Shown in pieces: positions 48,337 to 61,243 of a DNA stretch of 64,000 nucleotides. Made by a program: the position numbers and the translations under genes. The DNA is taken from NCBI GenBank assembly GCA_002189035.1, contig CM007992.1:1240001-1304000 (forward strand), written 5' to 3'. The DNA comes from Utricularia gibba (lineage: Eukaryota > Plantae > Magnoliophyta). The notes beneath the pieces are model-generated. The model was not told where the DNA came from and ran no database searches. It worked only from the letters and a program-made list of their open reading frames with translations. The number at the start of each line of letters is the position of its first letter. The first letter of the stretch is position 1.

Positions 48337-51300
48337 TTAGTAAGTGTGACTTCTTCTCCTTAAATTTACACTGCTAAGTTTACCAACATTTCCGAGCCAG
48401 AAAAGAACCAGGATGAATAGACTTGTGGCACCAACCAGCATCCACTGCTGCCATTTTTTCTTGTTTCTGTTACGTAAATGTGGAGGGACAGATTTTGTCT
48501 TAGGGTGCTTTGAGAATAACCAGCGATTCTGGGGCTTTCTAGGAATGGCATCTATTTCCTTGGTGAGCTCCATCGCAGCTTTATCAGAGCTTGGAGAAGT
48601 CTCACAGTTGTTGCTGATGTCGCTGTTATCAGAGACAGAAGCCTTCTTTCGTTCCATCTTTCGCAGTCTCTTCTCCCGCTTCTGCGTAGAACATTTTAAA
48701 AAAAGTATCCATGAACCTCAAGGCCTCCGAGTTACAGGTATTAATAGCATGCTATATATGTACCTTCTCTTTCTCTTGCGCTTCCTTCAGTGTCTTCATT
48801 TCGGCTCTCTGCTGTAACTTCTCTAACTGGCGTTTCTTCCTCTCACGAGCCTCATTAGCTTTTGCAAGTTCCTCCAGCCGCCGTTGCTCCTTCAGCTCCT
48901 CCTCGGCCTCATGCATTCTTTGCTCTTCTTCCTGAAGTGACTCCACCTCTTTCATGGAGATGGTAATCTCAGGCTCCTCATTATGCTGGTCCTCTCTCAG
49001 AGGGCCATCCACTTCCCGGTACTTGACTTCTGGTACTTCACTAGTTGAACCGCGATAAGGGGCTATTGTTATGAAAGGTATCTCCTCGTTTGAATCTAAA
49101 AATGAATTTGCTGATCTTTGATCAGAGTCGATAGGCTTCCAGATGATTCTATCAACTCCATCAGCATAGCTGGGTAAGCGAGCTGGCTTCTCGTCCGTGC
49201 ACAGAGTTCGGCCACCCAAGGTTCCAAATCTCCGGAGAGTGCTCTTTACACTACACTGGACATACTCACTGCGAAAGCGCTCACTTGTGTTCCACATATT
49301 CATAAAATTTTCCACCTGAAGAGATAAACATAAGCTTTCATGAACCAAGCAAATTTTGCACATGCTCACCAGTTTTCTGAAGGTGATCTGCAAAAATACC
49401 TGACCCAAGCACAACTGATAAAGAGCCTCATTGTTCCCAGCAAAAGCATAATTACTAGCAACTGTGGCATCATCTTTGTACTTGAAGAAAAGCTTGTTCT
49501 GGAATTGAAATTATTGTTATAGCATGATGACAGGCAGTCTTTGTTATGATTAATATTCTTTTTGACTGCATATATATCAAAAGTTTGTGAGATATGATAC
49601 CTTCGTCCAAAGATCTTTTCTCAAATCCTGCAAGTGGGCAAATGCTGCTTGTCGAACATCATCAGCATCTCTGAAGCGAGATCGCAGCTCCTTAATGGCA
49701 GCATTCTCAGATTCATACTTCCTCCCTGCTTCTATAGCAGCTTCTTCGGCTCTCAAGACACCATCTTTCAGAACATCCAACTCCTTCCTTAGAGCCTACT
49801 CATCAGCATCAACAGAAATAAAACTGTATTCTGTCAAAGCTGCATCAAAAGGAGACAGAGAACTAGAAGATCAGACCTTTAAACGCTCCTCAACTTCCCC
49901 CCTCTGTTCAAGAGCTTGATTAATGTCATCTTGACTACCAAGACTAGAGGATAATTGTTCACGAAGTTGCTTCAGCTGCTTGATCTCACGAATGAGCAGC
50001 TTCTCTTCCTTTAAAGGAAGAGTTTCATGTTGTATCATGTTTTCCACTTTTCGAATCTGGAAAAGCAGCATGAACCATTTACTAGAAAGAACCACAATAC
50101 CATTGCAAAGGCACGCTACAATCCATGCAACTGGATGCAAACCTGGATATCAATGTCTCTGATAGACATTGCATTTTTTGCCTTATTGATCACAGAATGG
50201 AGAGAATCTATTTCAAGACGTTTAAGTCGAACTAACTTTCCTGCATTTCTGGCTTCGACAGCAGCATGCTCATAATCGGTAGCATAAGCCTGACTGCTAG
50301 CCTGACAAAGACAGAGATAATAAAGGGGGTTTATTTTCCGCACACCTGAAAGCAACAGGATGAAATTGAAAGAATACAAGATCTCACTCTTCTCCGCTGG
50401 ATGTGATCTTGAATCGCATCCCTGAGTTTGGTTTTCTCATCAACGTGCATCTTAGCAAGCCTTATGTGTTCTCTAATGGTGCTGTCGTCAGATCTAGGAA
50501 TTCTAACCAGAAAGTTGAATGGTTTTGTCTGGGTATCCGTTCTTGCTTCTCTTTCTATCAAGCTGCTACCGTTCTCCTCTGGGGCAGCATCGGTTACATG
50601 GTCAGCATGAAAATTTTGAGATTTCTGATTTACTTGGGAAAGAGTCTTCGAGTCAGAACTTCGAGTTGAGGCTTCAACTTGATCTCCGTTTGCTTCAGCC
50701 TCTGGTAATTTCAATTCGCCATTTCCACAAGGAACGACTTCCATGAGCTTTTCGGAGGAAAGTGGAATGTACTCCGAAGGGTGTGTATGCCCATTGTGGA
50801 TGGGTTCTGGTTCGGTGCTTTGTTCATTTTCAGAACCATTGACACCAAAAAGTCCCATCTCACAACTCCCAGGTTTTGAATCACGTGAAACAACTTTCAC
50901 ATGACAAATCTCAACTTCAGTTTCAGGTACATGACCATTGGAAACAGGGGTCTTGGGAGATTCAGCAGGAGATGTAATTCTGATTATGGAGTTCATAGTA
51001 CCAAAAGCTATTTCACCTCCTTTCAAGAGTGTAGCATGTTCATCATACCTTTCAGCATCTCCATTAACCTGGTTGGCCAAGGAACCCTCCTCTTGTTCCT
51101 TTACATTAACAAATTTCATATCACACAAAGTGCTTTTTGCAGGACTACGAGTCGCCTTCTTGTTTGAGCAGCAATCAGAACCCACGTCAATGGGTGTTGG
51201 TTCAGGAACTTCAAGTTCTGCAATTCCCACAGATTTGGGAGCATCTTTAGCCACATCCCCGGAACCGCCTTGAACAATCCCATCCACTTCTGGACATCTT

Positions 51301-52286
51301 CGGCAACCAACTGATGCCCCAGTTGCACTTGGTTCTACGCATTCTTCCCATTTGTGATTACCATTAGTAAGGCAGCAGTTTTCATGTGAAGAAATAGTGC
51401 AAGATTCCACAAAATTCCTTGAACCAGCAGCCACGGCAGAAGAATAAACATGGAATTCCCCATTACCTGTTGAATTATGAGAGTCTTCTGATTCCCTTGG
51501 ACATCTGACATTCTCATCTTCTGCTACCTTTTCAAGTGCTCCACCGGAGAAATCTACTATGCTGGAAATATTATGCGTAAAATTTTGGCCTAGATGGTTC
51601 GCTTCACTAACTAGATCCACGATCTCCTTCTTCGGTCCTTGACAGACAATCGAGGTCCTTTTCAGGCCGTTGACACCACTAGAACTTTTCGAATTTTCAT
51701 CAGATTCAACAACAGGCACCAAAGCGTCAACTCTTAGTCCCGGATTCTGTGGTGAAGAAAATGGGATCTCAGAAATTTCAAGGTCTTCACTTGGGTAATG
51801 TTCGCCTTTGACTACAACGTCAATATCCCCGATCGCATTCAGAACTAAAACCTTGTCTTCCACAGCCTCGGCCACCCCCACACATCTTGCACTTGCAGCA
51901 CAAAATTCATTTGCAGTCGATTCCCCCCCTCCCGCGTCATCCTCCCGAATAGATCCGTGAAAAAGAGGGTTGCCCGAATCTCCGTGATCAAAAAAGGTTT
52001 CATGGTGTAAGGGCCGCGTAGAGACCACGGAAGCATTCCCAAATTCCTCTTCATTCAAAGCACCATCACTGACAACAGTAGTTTCTCCATTTTCGCGATT
52101 CAAAACCAACCCATATTTGTGACTACCAGCAGCATCCGCCTCGAATTCAGATCCATCAACACCCTTCCCAGCCACACAATCCTCACAATTCAGCGAATTA
52201 ACTCGCAGAAGATCCAGGTTGGAAGCTACATCCAATCCACATTTCTCCTCAACCACCACCCCCTCAGAAACGTCCATACTCTCCAA
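48337..52286 (-). CDS. Proton pump-interactor (PPI/BIP-like) coiled-coil protein with a long N-terminal extension and a C-terminal TM anchor
   Basis: A first exon of about 640 codons ends FNFLVRIPRSDD..AKMHVDEKTKLRDAI. Later exons encode MIQHETLPLKEEKLLIREIKQLKQLRE, MWNTSERFRSEYVQCSVKSTLRRFGTLGGR, an E/K/R-rich coiled coil and a hydrophobic tail (WMLVGATSLFILVLFWLG). Junctions are in phase. Confidence 0.85.
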
Positions 52287-53745
52287 CTTCCCCTCGCCGC
52301 GGGATCACAATTATTCCTTGTAAATGGGGAATTTTTCAACCCCAGCAACACAAATCATTTGAACTGCAAAGTGGCACCCACGAATTGAGTCGATGTCGGG
52401 ATCGACAACAGATCATCATTTACAGCAAAAAGCGACGAAGCAGAAGAAGAAGATGGGCGACACGACCCCATTCCAAGAACTTATCGCCTCAGAGTGCGAT
52501 AGCCATCGCTTAAAAGCTCGGGTGAACGGCTCCTTTCCGCCTCCGCTCTCTGCGAGTCAAATTTCACTTACCTTTTTTTATTTTCTTTTTAATACTTTCC
52601 AAACAAATACACTGACACCGATCTACCGACAGCTTTTCACAATTTTTTTATATTTATCCGATTTAAAATTACAAAAACCATTTACATAATTAATTGAATC
52701 ATATTTATCAAAATTATTATCTCACGTCAATTTTCAAATATAATAATATTTTCAACATACATTTACAAAAAGAATTTATTAAATGCAATTTTAATTAAAT
52801 TATAGCTACAGCCTAGCATATATTTATTAATTACAAATAATTAAAATATATATCATTAATTAAATATATATTTTTATTTTTATTTTAAAATAACGACCCA
52901 GGGCCCACCACATGGGACTAGGGCATAAAAGTCAAACAGAAATGTGAACACCCGAGGCAGCCGTTTCCTAATGGCGACGTATAAAGTTTAAAGTAGGCCC
53001 CACAACATCCTCCATTTTATTTTCCTCCAGAAAACTCTTAAATATAATTACCAAAAATATATTATATTCCGTAAAACGCCTTCCAAAAATAAAAAATAAA
53101 AACTATCCAAATATAAAGCATGGCTTGATTTGGTGTGCCATAAATATTATGAAACCAATATCCCATATCATTAGTTTTCATATTTTGCAACCGATAACGT
53201 ATTTGATCAATAAAGTCGATTTACACGACCAAGGTTTTATTTGTACAAAATATGTACATTAGTCAACTAACTTTTATAATTTTATATTTTCTTTTTTCAA
53301 AAAAAAAAATATTTTATACAAGATTAAAATAATTTTTTATTTAAATATATTCTATCTTTCATTCGTAATTAATATAAGATATCATCATTAGATTATTACA
53401 TTTTTTAAACTTAAATACTCAATATCCTTGTTCCACCATTGACATGTAATCGAATTTGGCTTTAATACTAAATATCACAATCCATGCTTTCCTTTTATGA
53501 TATCATTCACTTTAGATACATAATTTTTTATAATTTTATGCTTTTTATAGAAAAAATATCTCATATAAAATTATAAACACATCTTATCTCTCATGAGTAA
53601 TTAATTTGGTGTATCATTACTAAGGCTTTAGACTTACATTATTGAAAATATATAAGAGAATGTTTTGGTAGTTATTTAAAATTTTAATTATATATGATAA
53701 AATTTTATGAATAATAAGTTTGTATATCCTTTTAATCAATATTTT

Positions 53746-53867
53746 AAACATCATGGTTCAACTATGATTGAATCCTGAACCGTTTATAATAATGATTTGA
53801 TTAAATTAAAATCGTTTCAAAATATAAAAAATAAACTAGGATAACTACGATTGAATCATAATCGATC
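53746..53867. repeat. Dispersed AT-rich repeat, copy 2 (similar to 31658-31792)
   Basis: It shares the same ordered motifs as copy 1. Confidence 0.5.
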
Positions 53868-55284
53868 AAATTTTATTAAAAAAAAAAGCACGATTAAACT
53901 ATGCTCACTTTGAATCATTCACACAGATTGTTTAGGGTTTTACATTTTAAAACATAGGTTTAATAACATGGTCAATAAATTCAGTTATGGATTTAGTCAA
54001 AGGTCTAATAAGAAATTGGAGATAATAGTCACGTGGTTGAATAGGAAGGGTGTAGACTTTCCCACTTGAGGGTATATGCTATAAATATTCCTAGTCCCTT
54101 ATGGTCACCAAATGCATACTCAGAGATTGCATCGGATCGGCTCAAAGAGATGAAAACTAATGTGTTAAAATTCGACAAAATTACGAAAAATTTCGGATTC
54201 TAGTTATTTTAAGAAACAGAGCTGTGTTTGAAAAAATCACTTTAAAATTGATTTTAATTGAATTGAAAAATTATTATAAAATAAAAATTAATATATGTTT
54301 TAAAACATCTTTCTATGAATAATTATTGAAGAATTTATTCGTATTTGGAACTTAAAAAATGCGAAATAATTTTTGTAATAAATGACATACGTAAACATAT
54401 TTTTTAATAGTCATATTTTATAATTTTATAAATTATGTATTATAAAAATAATATATTAATTTATATATTAGGTTCGATGTTATTTATCTAATTTAAATAG
54501 GTTTATATTAAAATTATAATTTAAAAATTAAAATAATTATTTATAAAAGAATCGTGATCTTGTATCCTATGGGAGGGGCTCCCACCATGGGAGAACCGAA
54601 GATCCCGTGACCTTCTGAAAGAAGTCGGATGGATTTGGCTTCAAACAGAATGCAGTGTATTGGGACGATTTGGCAGTTGGCACAGTGGATGATCAGAGGA
54701 TTTTGAGCTGAAAAAGCAGAGCGCAAGAAGGAAGATCTTGATTTTCACCCAAAAAACTGCTGGTGGAGCTTATGCCGTCGCCTGTTGCCTCCTAACATTG
54801 AGACTGCATATAGAACAGCTGGAGGAGAAGACAAGCAAGATGAATCTGAAACTGGAGGAGGATTCAACGAGTTCTTCAACCTCTCTGTTGGCTGCCGGAG
54901 ATCAGGATGCATGGATACTGTATGTAGGCACTTTTGATATGCCATGATTCTGTTTAGGTGGGCGAGATCCAAAGGCGAAAGTCAATTCGAACAAAGTAGG
55001 TCGAAAAATTGAGCCCAAAGCAGGTCCCCCCCTGTGCGAGCTACAGACGCCTAATGGCTGCGAATTCTCTCCTAATGTTTCAGTTTCACCGTTGACGCAA
55101 GGCTTTTCAATGCTCTTCCTAGGGTCTCTATGAGATTTCCTTTCCACAAAGCCCTCCAGAGCTCGGTACACCACCCAACAAGGTTTTGATTGGTCAGGAC
55201 GCGTGGGGCGGCGTCTGGTGGTTGCGTGTGTGTTTAACTTGTGAAAAATCAGCAATTCGGAGGCGAATCGATTTCTCGGTTGTA

Positions 55285-56811
55285 ATGGCGGGAGGTAGAG
55301 GAATTGTTTGTGTAACAGGCGCCGGAGGATTTGTCGCATCATGGCTGATCGATCTTCTGCTCTCCCGAGGCTACACCGTCCATGGAACCGTCAGGGATCC
55401 TGGTAATTTGTGATGGATTTTCTGGAGCTTCTCGTTTTTTCGTATACTTCATCCTTTTGGAGAATCATTTGGCATTGGGATTTGCGATTGAAGCTTTGCG
55501 AATTCCTTGGAGGGATAGTAGTCGCGCTTTGCTTATTGTTGATCCTTCTGTAAGCAACTTGATACAAGGGGTGACCTTCCTTTTTCTAAAGGCTTGGTGT
55601 TGTGATTTCCAGCTGATCCGAAGAATTCTCATCTACTTTCCCTTGGAAGTGCGCCTGAGAAGCTGAAAATTTTCAAGGCGGACTTGCTGGATTATGACTC
55701 TATTGCTGCGGCCATCAAGGGTTGTGAAGGTGTTTTTCATGTGGCCTGCCCTGTACCTCCAGGGCCCGTCTCCAATCCAGAGGCAAAACCCTGAACTACT
55801 CCCTCTTCTTTGAACTTCTGGTGCGGTTACCTTCTTTATTACCTGTGTTTGATAAAATACTGCAGGTGGAGTTGATTCAGCCAGCTGTGGTAGGCACTAT
55901 GAATGTGCTGAGAGCATGCTCTGAGGCGAAAGTACGCCGCCTTGTCAACGTATCCTCCGTGGCGGCAGTTTACATCAACCCTGATTGGCCCAAGGATCAA
56001 CCCATGAACGAGTCTTGTTGGTCAGACACAGAGTACTGCAAGGCAACCAACGTATCAAACGCTTGGCTCCTTCCCCTTACTCTTTGAATTTTATACTTCA
56101 GTGTGTCATCTGTGTTCACTCTTTCTCTTTCTCATGTTTCTGCTGTCATCTATTCTGCTTCATCTGGTCAGAACTGGTATTGTTTCTCAAAGACTGTAGC
56201 GGAAGTTGAGGCATGGAACCACGCAAAGAAAAGTGGTCTTGATGTTGTGACTGTTTGTCCATCGCTTGTTATTGGACCGCTGCTGCAGCCAACAATCAAT
56301 TCTAGCTCCACCGTATTGATCAAGCTGCTGAAAGGTAAGGTTTTCTTCGATCCTCATGTGATGTTGCCTCAAATAAAGTGTCTTCTTAGCTCTTGTTGAT
56401 CTCCCAGAAGGATCTGAAGAAGCTAAGAACATCCCGCGCTTCTTGGTAGACGTGCGTGATGTAGCTTGGTCGCTTGTATTGGTTTACGAGGAGCCTGAAG
56501 CCAAGGGAAGATACATATGCCATGCTTACATGATCTCAGTTCAGGAGCTGGTGCAGACTCTCAAGGAAATATACCCAAATTACAACTATCCCAAGGGGTA
56601 GGCAACCCACAGTATCTTAGCTGATGTCTCTTTTCTTGCAGCTTTCATTGGTAGATTCCATGTGTTGGTGAGCAGATTCACAGCTCCAGAAGAACATCCA
56701 GGGGTCAGTTCAGAAAGACTTCTGAAACTCGGCCTGAAATTCAGGCCACTGAGACAGACCCTTGAGGACACCGTGGAGAACTTCAAGCAAGTTGGCATTC
56801 TGGATTCATGA
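55285..56811 (+). CDS. Cinnamoyl-CoA reductase-like NAD(P)-dependent reductase (SDR), 6 exons
   Basis: It has the Rossmann motif [14 protein letters not shown], then [25 protein letters not shown], the YxxxK motif NWYCFSK and VDVRDVA. The stop is at 56809-56811. Intron 2 is GC-AG. NWYCFSK instead of NWYCYGK points to the CCR-like clade. Confidence 0.92.
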
Positions 56812-56948
56812 CCATGACCCTCCAGCTTCTTACTTTTTTGTTCAGTGGAGTCATTTACTAGAGTCTGATGTGTGCTTCTGCAAGATGTGCAGATCGAATA
56901 TGGGGTTTTGTGGATCTTAACTGCCTAGAGGCTTAGAAAAGATTAGTG

Positions 56949-57058
56949 GCATCACCCCATTGATCGATCATTTAGACTTTCTGATGTTTCTCCTTAGTGT
57001 TCCAAGTAAAATACCTAAAGCCTCTCGTTATGGCATCAGCATCACCCCATTGATCGAT
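56949..57058. repeat. Exact 20-bp direct repeat GCATCACCCCATTGATCGAT, 90 bp apart
   Basis: Copies are at 56949-56968 and 57039-57058. Confidence 0.9.
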
Positions 57059-57362
57059 GCAGAGATATTTGATAGTATGATGTATAGGATTTATATTTAA
57101 ATTTTCATACAGACTATTATTTGATATATTAGTAAATATATATCAGTCTTATATAATTATATCATTTATATACTTATTTTTTAAACGTTTGATTTATATA
57201 CATAAATTGAGTAGATTTAACTATAGCAGTGTTTTGAAAAATTTTTGAAATTTATTTTTAATTTTTAAAATTATTTTTAAAAAATAAAAATAAAAATAAA
57301 AATAAATAACTACTTATTTTTTAAAAAATAACCTTTATAGTTATAATTTTAAAAATATTTTT

Positions 57363-57444
57363 AATAGAATTATTTTTATAATTAAAAATATTTGTAATAG
57401 AATTATTTTTATAATTAAAAATATTTGTAATAGAATTATTTTTA
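57363..57444. repeat. 33-bp tandem repeat, 2.5 copies
   Basis: AATAGAATTATTTTTATAATTAAAAATATTTGT occurs at 57363-57395 and 57396-57428, with a partial copy at 57429-57444. Confidence 0.9.
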
Positions 57445-58585
57445 ATTCTGAAAAATATAAATAGATTTTAAAATTTTTTTAGAATAATCCTTATATCTAT
57501 ATCTTAGAATTCTATTTTTAGACATAAAACATATAATTTGTTGTATAAATTATAATTAAATATATACATAATCAATTACATTATACTTAAATATACTAAT
57601 ATTGTACTATAAAACAGCTTTGTTGTTAACATGCGGGATCTATGGGATTCAAATGTGGCCGGGCGCCACCCTTCGGCCCTGCCCTAGTGCTCCTGTAATG
57701 GCTACGGTGCTGCTCAAGCCGGTGGTCGAATTGCAGATTGCCGTTAGTTTCGGTACGGAAGTACTTTTCAACTGCTATGGAGGCCAAAAAGGAATTCTTG
57801 AAAAGGCAGTAAAGTCCCTAGTTACCACAATAATGTGTCCGCCTCACCGTGCATCGCCGCATCCAACGGCTGGTAATTAATGGAGTACAGGAAATAACAT
57901 ATTTAAATATGTTTTTTTTTTTTTTTTTTACCAAGAACCCTAGTGCCTCTCGTCCCCCGGTTTCCTCTGGGAAATTTTCTTCATACTCAGGTTATTTTCT
58001 TCTGATTTTGGAGAATTCGGGCTGTTTTTCTTTGATTTTGCGTCTCCATGCATTTTGTGTGTGCTTTTCCTGCGGTAAGAGATCATTGGAACTGGTTCGT
58101 CTGATGATTTCAGGGAGTTTTTGCATTTTCTTATTTCTTCGTCGAGTTGGAAACTTTCTGCTGCACTGAACTATGGCGGTTTTACCTCCAGAATGCTGTT
58201 GCTTTTAACAGCGAATCTTCGTATACTGCATATTTTATGTAGAATTATTATTTTATTTTGTGGGGGCGCCGCCGGGCGGTTCAAACAAATTTCATATTTT
58301 TTCCCCTAATTTTTATTGTTTTTATGGGGGAAAATCTAAGCGTCTCGTTTTCGCCGAGTTCCAGGAGAAAAAGGTTTGAGTTTTATGGTTCAGTTCATCT
58401 GGATTAGAGGCCATATTCTTGAATGGCGTTGGTAATTAGGGTTGGTGGTGTGATTGAGGCTACTTTGCCTACTGGGAATCTGCTAAATAGCTTTTACATC
58501 ATCTGCTCGTACAATCTTCAGGTAGACGCACAAATCTGATACAAGTATCGGTTCAGTAGCGGGCAGATCTGAAGAAGCTATTGTC

Positions 58586-60587
58586 ATGGCAGGCCGTGGG
58601 CCGTTCGGCATCACTGACACTGACATCAACTCTCCGATGACTGTTACTAATCCGGGGGCTCCAAGGCCGCAGCTTGATCATCAAATGCCCCCCATGTCTT
58701 ACATCGATGAAAATTCTGCCGCCGTGTTCGGCCAAATTGGTTCAACGCCCATGAAGCTCCAGTCTGTTCCCAATACCAACGCTGTGATCAGTCACCTCGC
58801 TATCTCGGAAAGTTCTGAGCAGAGACGGAAAAGAGGGCGTCCAAGGAAGTACGCGCCAGATGGTGGTTCGACTGTTCCCCTGACTTCGTCACAGACACCG
58901 GCTTTCTCACCGCAGGAAGGTGGCGTCGCCGTGCCGGCTAAAAGGCCACGAGGCAGACCCCGTGGCTCTTGCAATAAGAAACCCCGAAAGGAGATTTTAG
59001 GTAATTCTCCCTTTTGTGTACTTTAAGAGGGCTTTTCCCCCAGAAGTTTGTTCCTTAAACCGGTTTCTGAGGTTTTTTTGGCTTCTGTATATAGATCCCA
59101 TTTTTAAATTTTTTTTATTGCGTTTGTATTTATAGTAGTGCGAATTGATTGTAGGGCATTCTTGTATTCATGGCTATATGATAGTTTCGAATGCTGGATG
59201 GCATCTGATGTATCATTATTTTTTGTTCTAAATCCAGAATCTAATGCAGAAAGTTTCCATCCACATTTTCATTTGAATTTTAATGATTATTATAACAGTG
59301 TTTTTCTTTTGAATGATATTTTTCTTTTAATTTTATTTGTTCACCCTCCCACCAGATTCTTGCACACTGATGTAGGATTGCAATGATTCGAGTTTTCTCT
59401 ATTACGAATATATTTCTTTTTGGAGATCTATAGTTTACCTTACTAATTGGAAAAATCTACTCCCTTCTTGTCCTTTTCATTCCTACTTTCTCATAATCTG
59501 ATACAAGTTTCATGCAGGTTCTACTGGTACTGGTTTCAGACCACATGTTGTAAGTGTGAACGCTGGAGAGGTAATGCTAAAAACTTGTTTTATGTTGCTC
59601 TTGACGCTTAGTGCCACTAGTTTGCCTAGTCGGTGATGTGCTTTCAACTCGCTATGCCTATGTGCTACAGAAGTTTTTGGAAGTTCTTACAAAGGTTTTT
59701 ATATTTCTGCAATGGTTATTAGATATACACCGATGCACATGAATTGTTCTGCACGTTGGTGTTTGCATTACAGGATGTCTCTTCAAAAATACTTGCTCTT
59801 ACCCAGAACGATGGATCTAGAGGCGTCTGTGTGCTTTCTGCCATTGGAGCCATTTCAAGTGTCTCACTCTACCAAGCTGCATCCTCTGGTGCGGCCGCAA
59901 CTTATGAGGTTGTTCTTTAATTTTCAGTTATTCTATCTTACCACATCTAAGCAAACAGACAGCAGTGTTTGTGAAATTTCGAAGTTTCTTGTGGTGGATT
60001 TTCTTGCTGCTTAATTCTACCTTTCATCTAGGGATGAAAATAATGTGTAAATCAATTTGATTCCCTTTTTCCTTATGCCTGTCATCATCACTAATACAGG
60101 GGCAATTTGACATATTGTCGCTTCGTGGCTCGTTTCTTTTATCTGAGGCTGGTGGTCACAAAACTAGAACCGGTGGTTTGAGTGTTCTTTTGTCTGGTTC
60201 TGATGGAAGAGTCCTGGGTGGCTGTGTGGCTGGTTCCCTAATTGCAGCATCCCCGGTTCAGGTTAGTCATCCTGCAGCTCTCATCCCCATCCTCACTCTT
60301 TTGACTTTCATCACGTGTACGCCCTCTGTCATAACACCATACATTCTCAAGTTTTGTGTTCTCATACAACATGTGTCCTGCTTCTGATGCATCAGGTAGT
60401 AGCTGGAAGTTTTCTCCCTGAGGTTAACAGGGATCCTAAGGTAAGCACAAAGACAACCGGGCAAATAACACCTCCCCTGAACATGAACCTCAGCAGTGCA
60501 GATGGCGATGGTGGGGGCAGTAGCTCCCCTTCAGGCGGATCCCCTAGTGGTTCTTCCGGTGGCCCGGAGAGCCCACTAAACTTTTAA
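58586..60587 (+). CDS. AT-hook motif nuclear-localized protein (clade B, two AT-hooks plus PPC/DUF296), 5 exons
   Basis: The AT-hooks are RKRGRPRKY and KRPRGRPRGS. PPC exons read GFRPHVVSVNAGE|DVSSKI..VCVLSAIGAISSVSL..TYE|GQFDILSLRGSF..GGLSVLLSGSDGRVLGGCVAGSLIAASPVQ|VVAGSF. Confidence 0.92.
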
Positions 60588-61243
60588 GCAACCCTGACGT
60601 CGGCAGGTAACCCACCCAGTGAATGAGTACATGAGAGATGAAGTAATTAGGCAATGAATCCAATTCCAAGCTGCTAGCTAGAGGTAGGTAAAACAGTTAG
60701 TTTCTTCCTTTTTTAGTGTCGTTTATGATGATTTGTAGCTCCCTTTGATGACAGACTGTGTGTATCTCTCTGTCTGATACCTGGGCTGCGGCCTTGACAA
60801 GCTTTTGGTATATTTAGCTTGATACATGCATGTACCAGTTCCTAGATTTCAACCGGAAATTTTAACCATGTGAAGCAAGAAAACTAGAGCAGTTGTCTCC
60901 AACTACTGGTTTCTTAGAAGCAGAATGCAATGAAAGTAGGTAGGCTTTTAGTTTTGCTGGTCCACATGCTGCCAAAAAGGATAAGAAAGAAGGGAAGCAG
61001 GGCCATGGTGATTGGATGGAATGGGATATACAATGCCTGTCTTCTTCTCCAGCTTGGCAGCCAGGTGTGGGGGAACCTAAACAAGATATGAGGGAACGTT
61101 AACGGCTTGTCCTTCACACGTTTGTGGAGCTTGACTAATGGCTATGGAACCCCGGTGCTTAATCGCCATTCGGTAGGAGCAGCGCCGCCTTCGGAAATCC
61201 AATACCCGCCTAGCCCAGTCTCAGCGCATCGGATTTCGAGTCC

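Noticed and set aside
57645-57690. GGCCG..CGGCC hairpin followed by CTAG|T, resembling a Helitron 3' end
   Set aside because: The stem is short, the spacing is atypical and no 5' TC end could be defined. It also lies in the GC-rich AHL upstream region, where such hairpins arise by chance.
60570-60630. Possible seventh frameshift truncating the AHL C-terminus (SPLNF*)
   Set aside because: AHL tails are poorly conserved, so there is no motif to show a shift, and the stop is acceptable as it stands.
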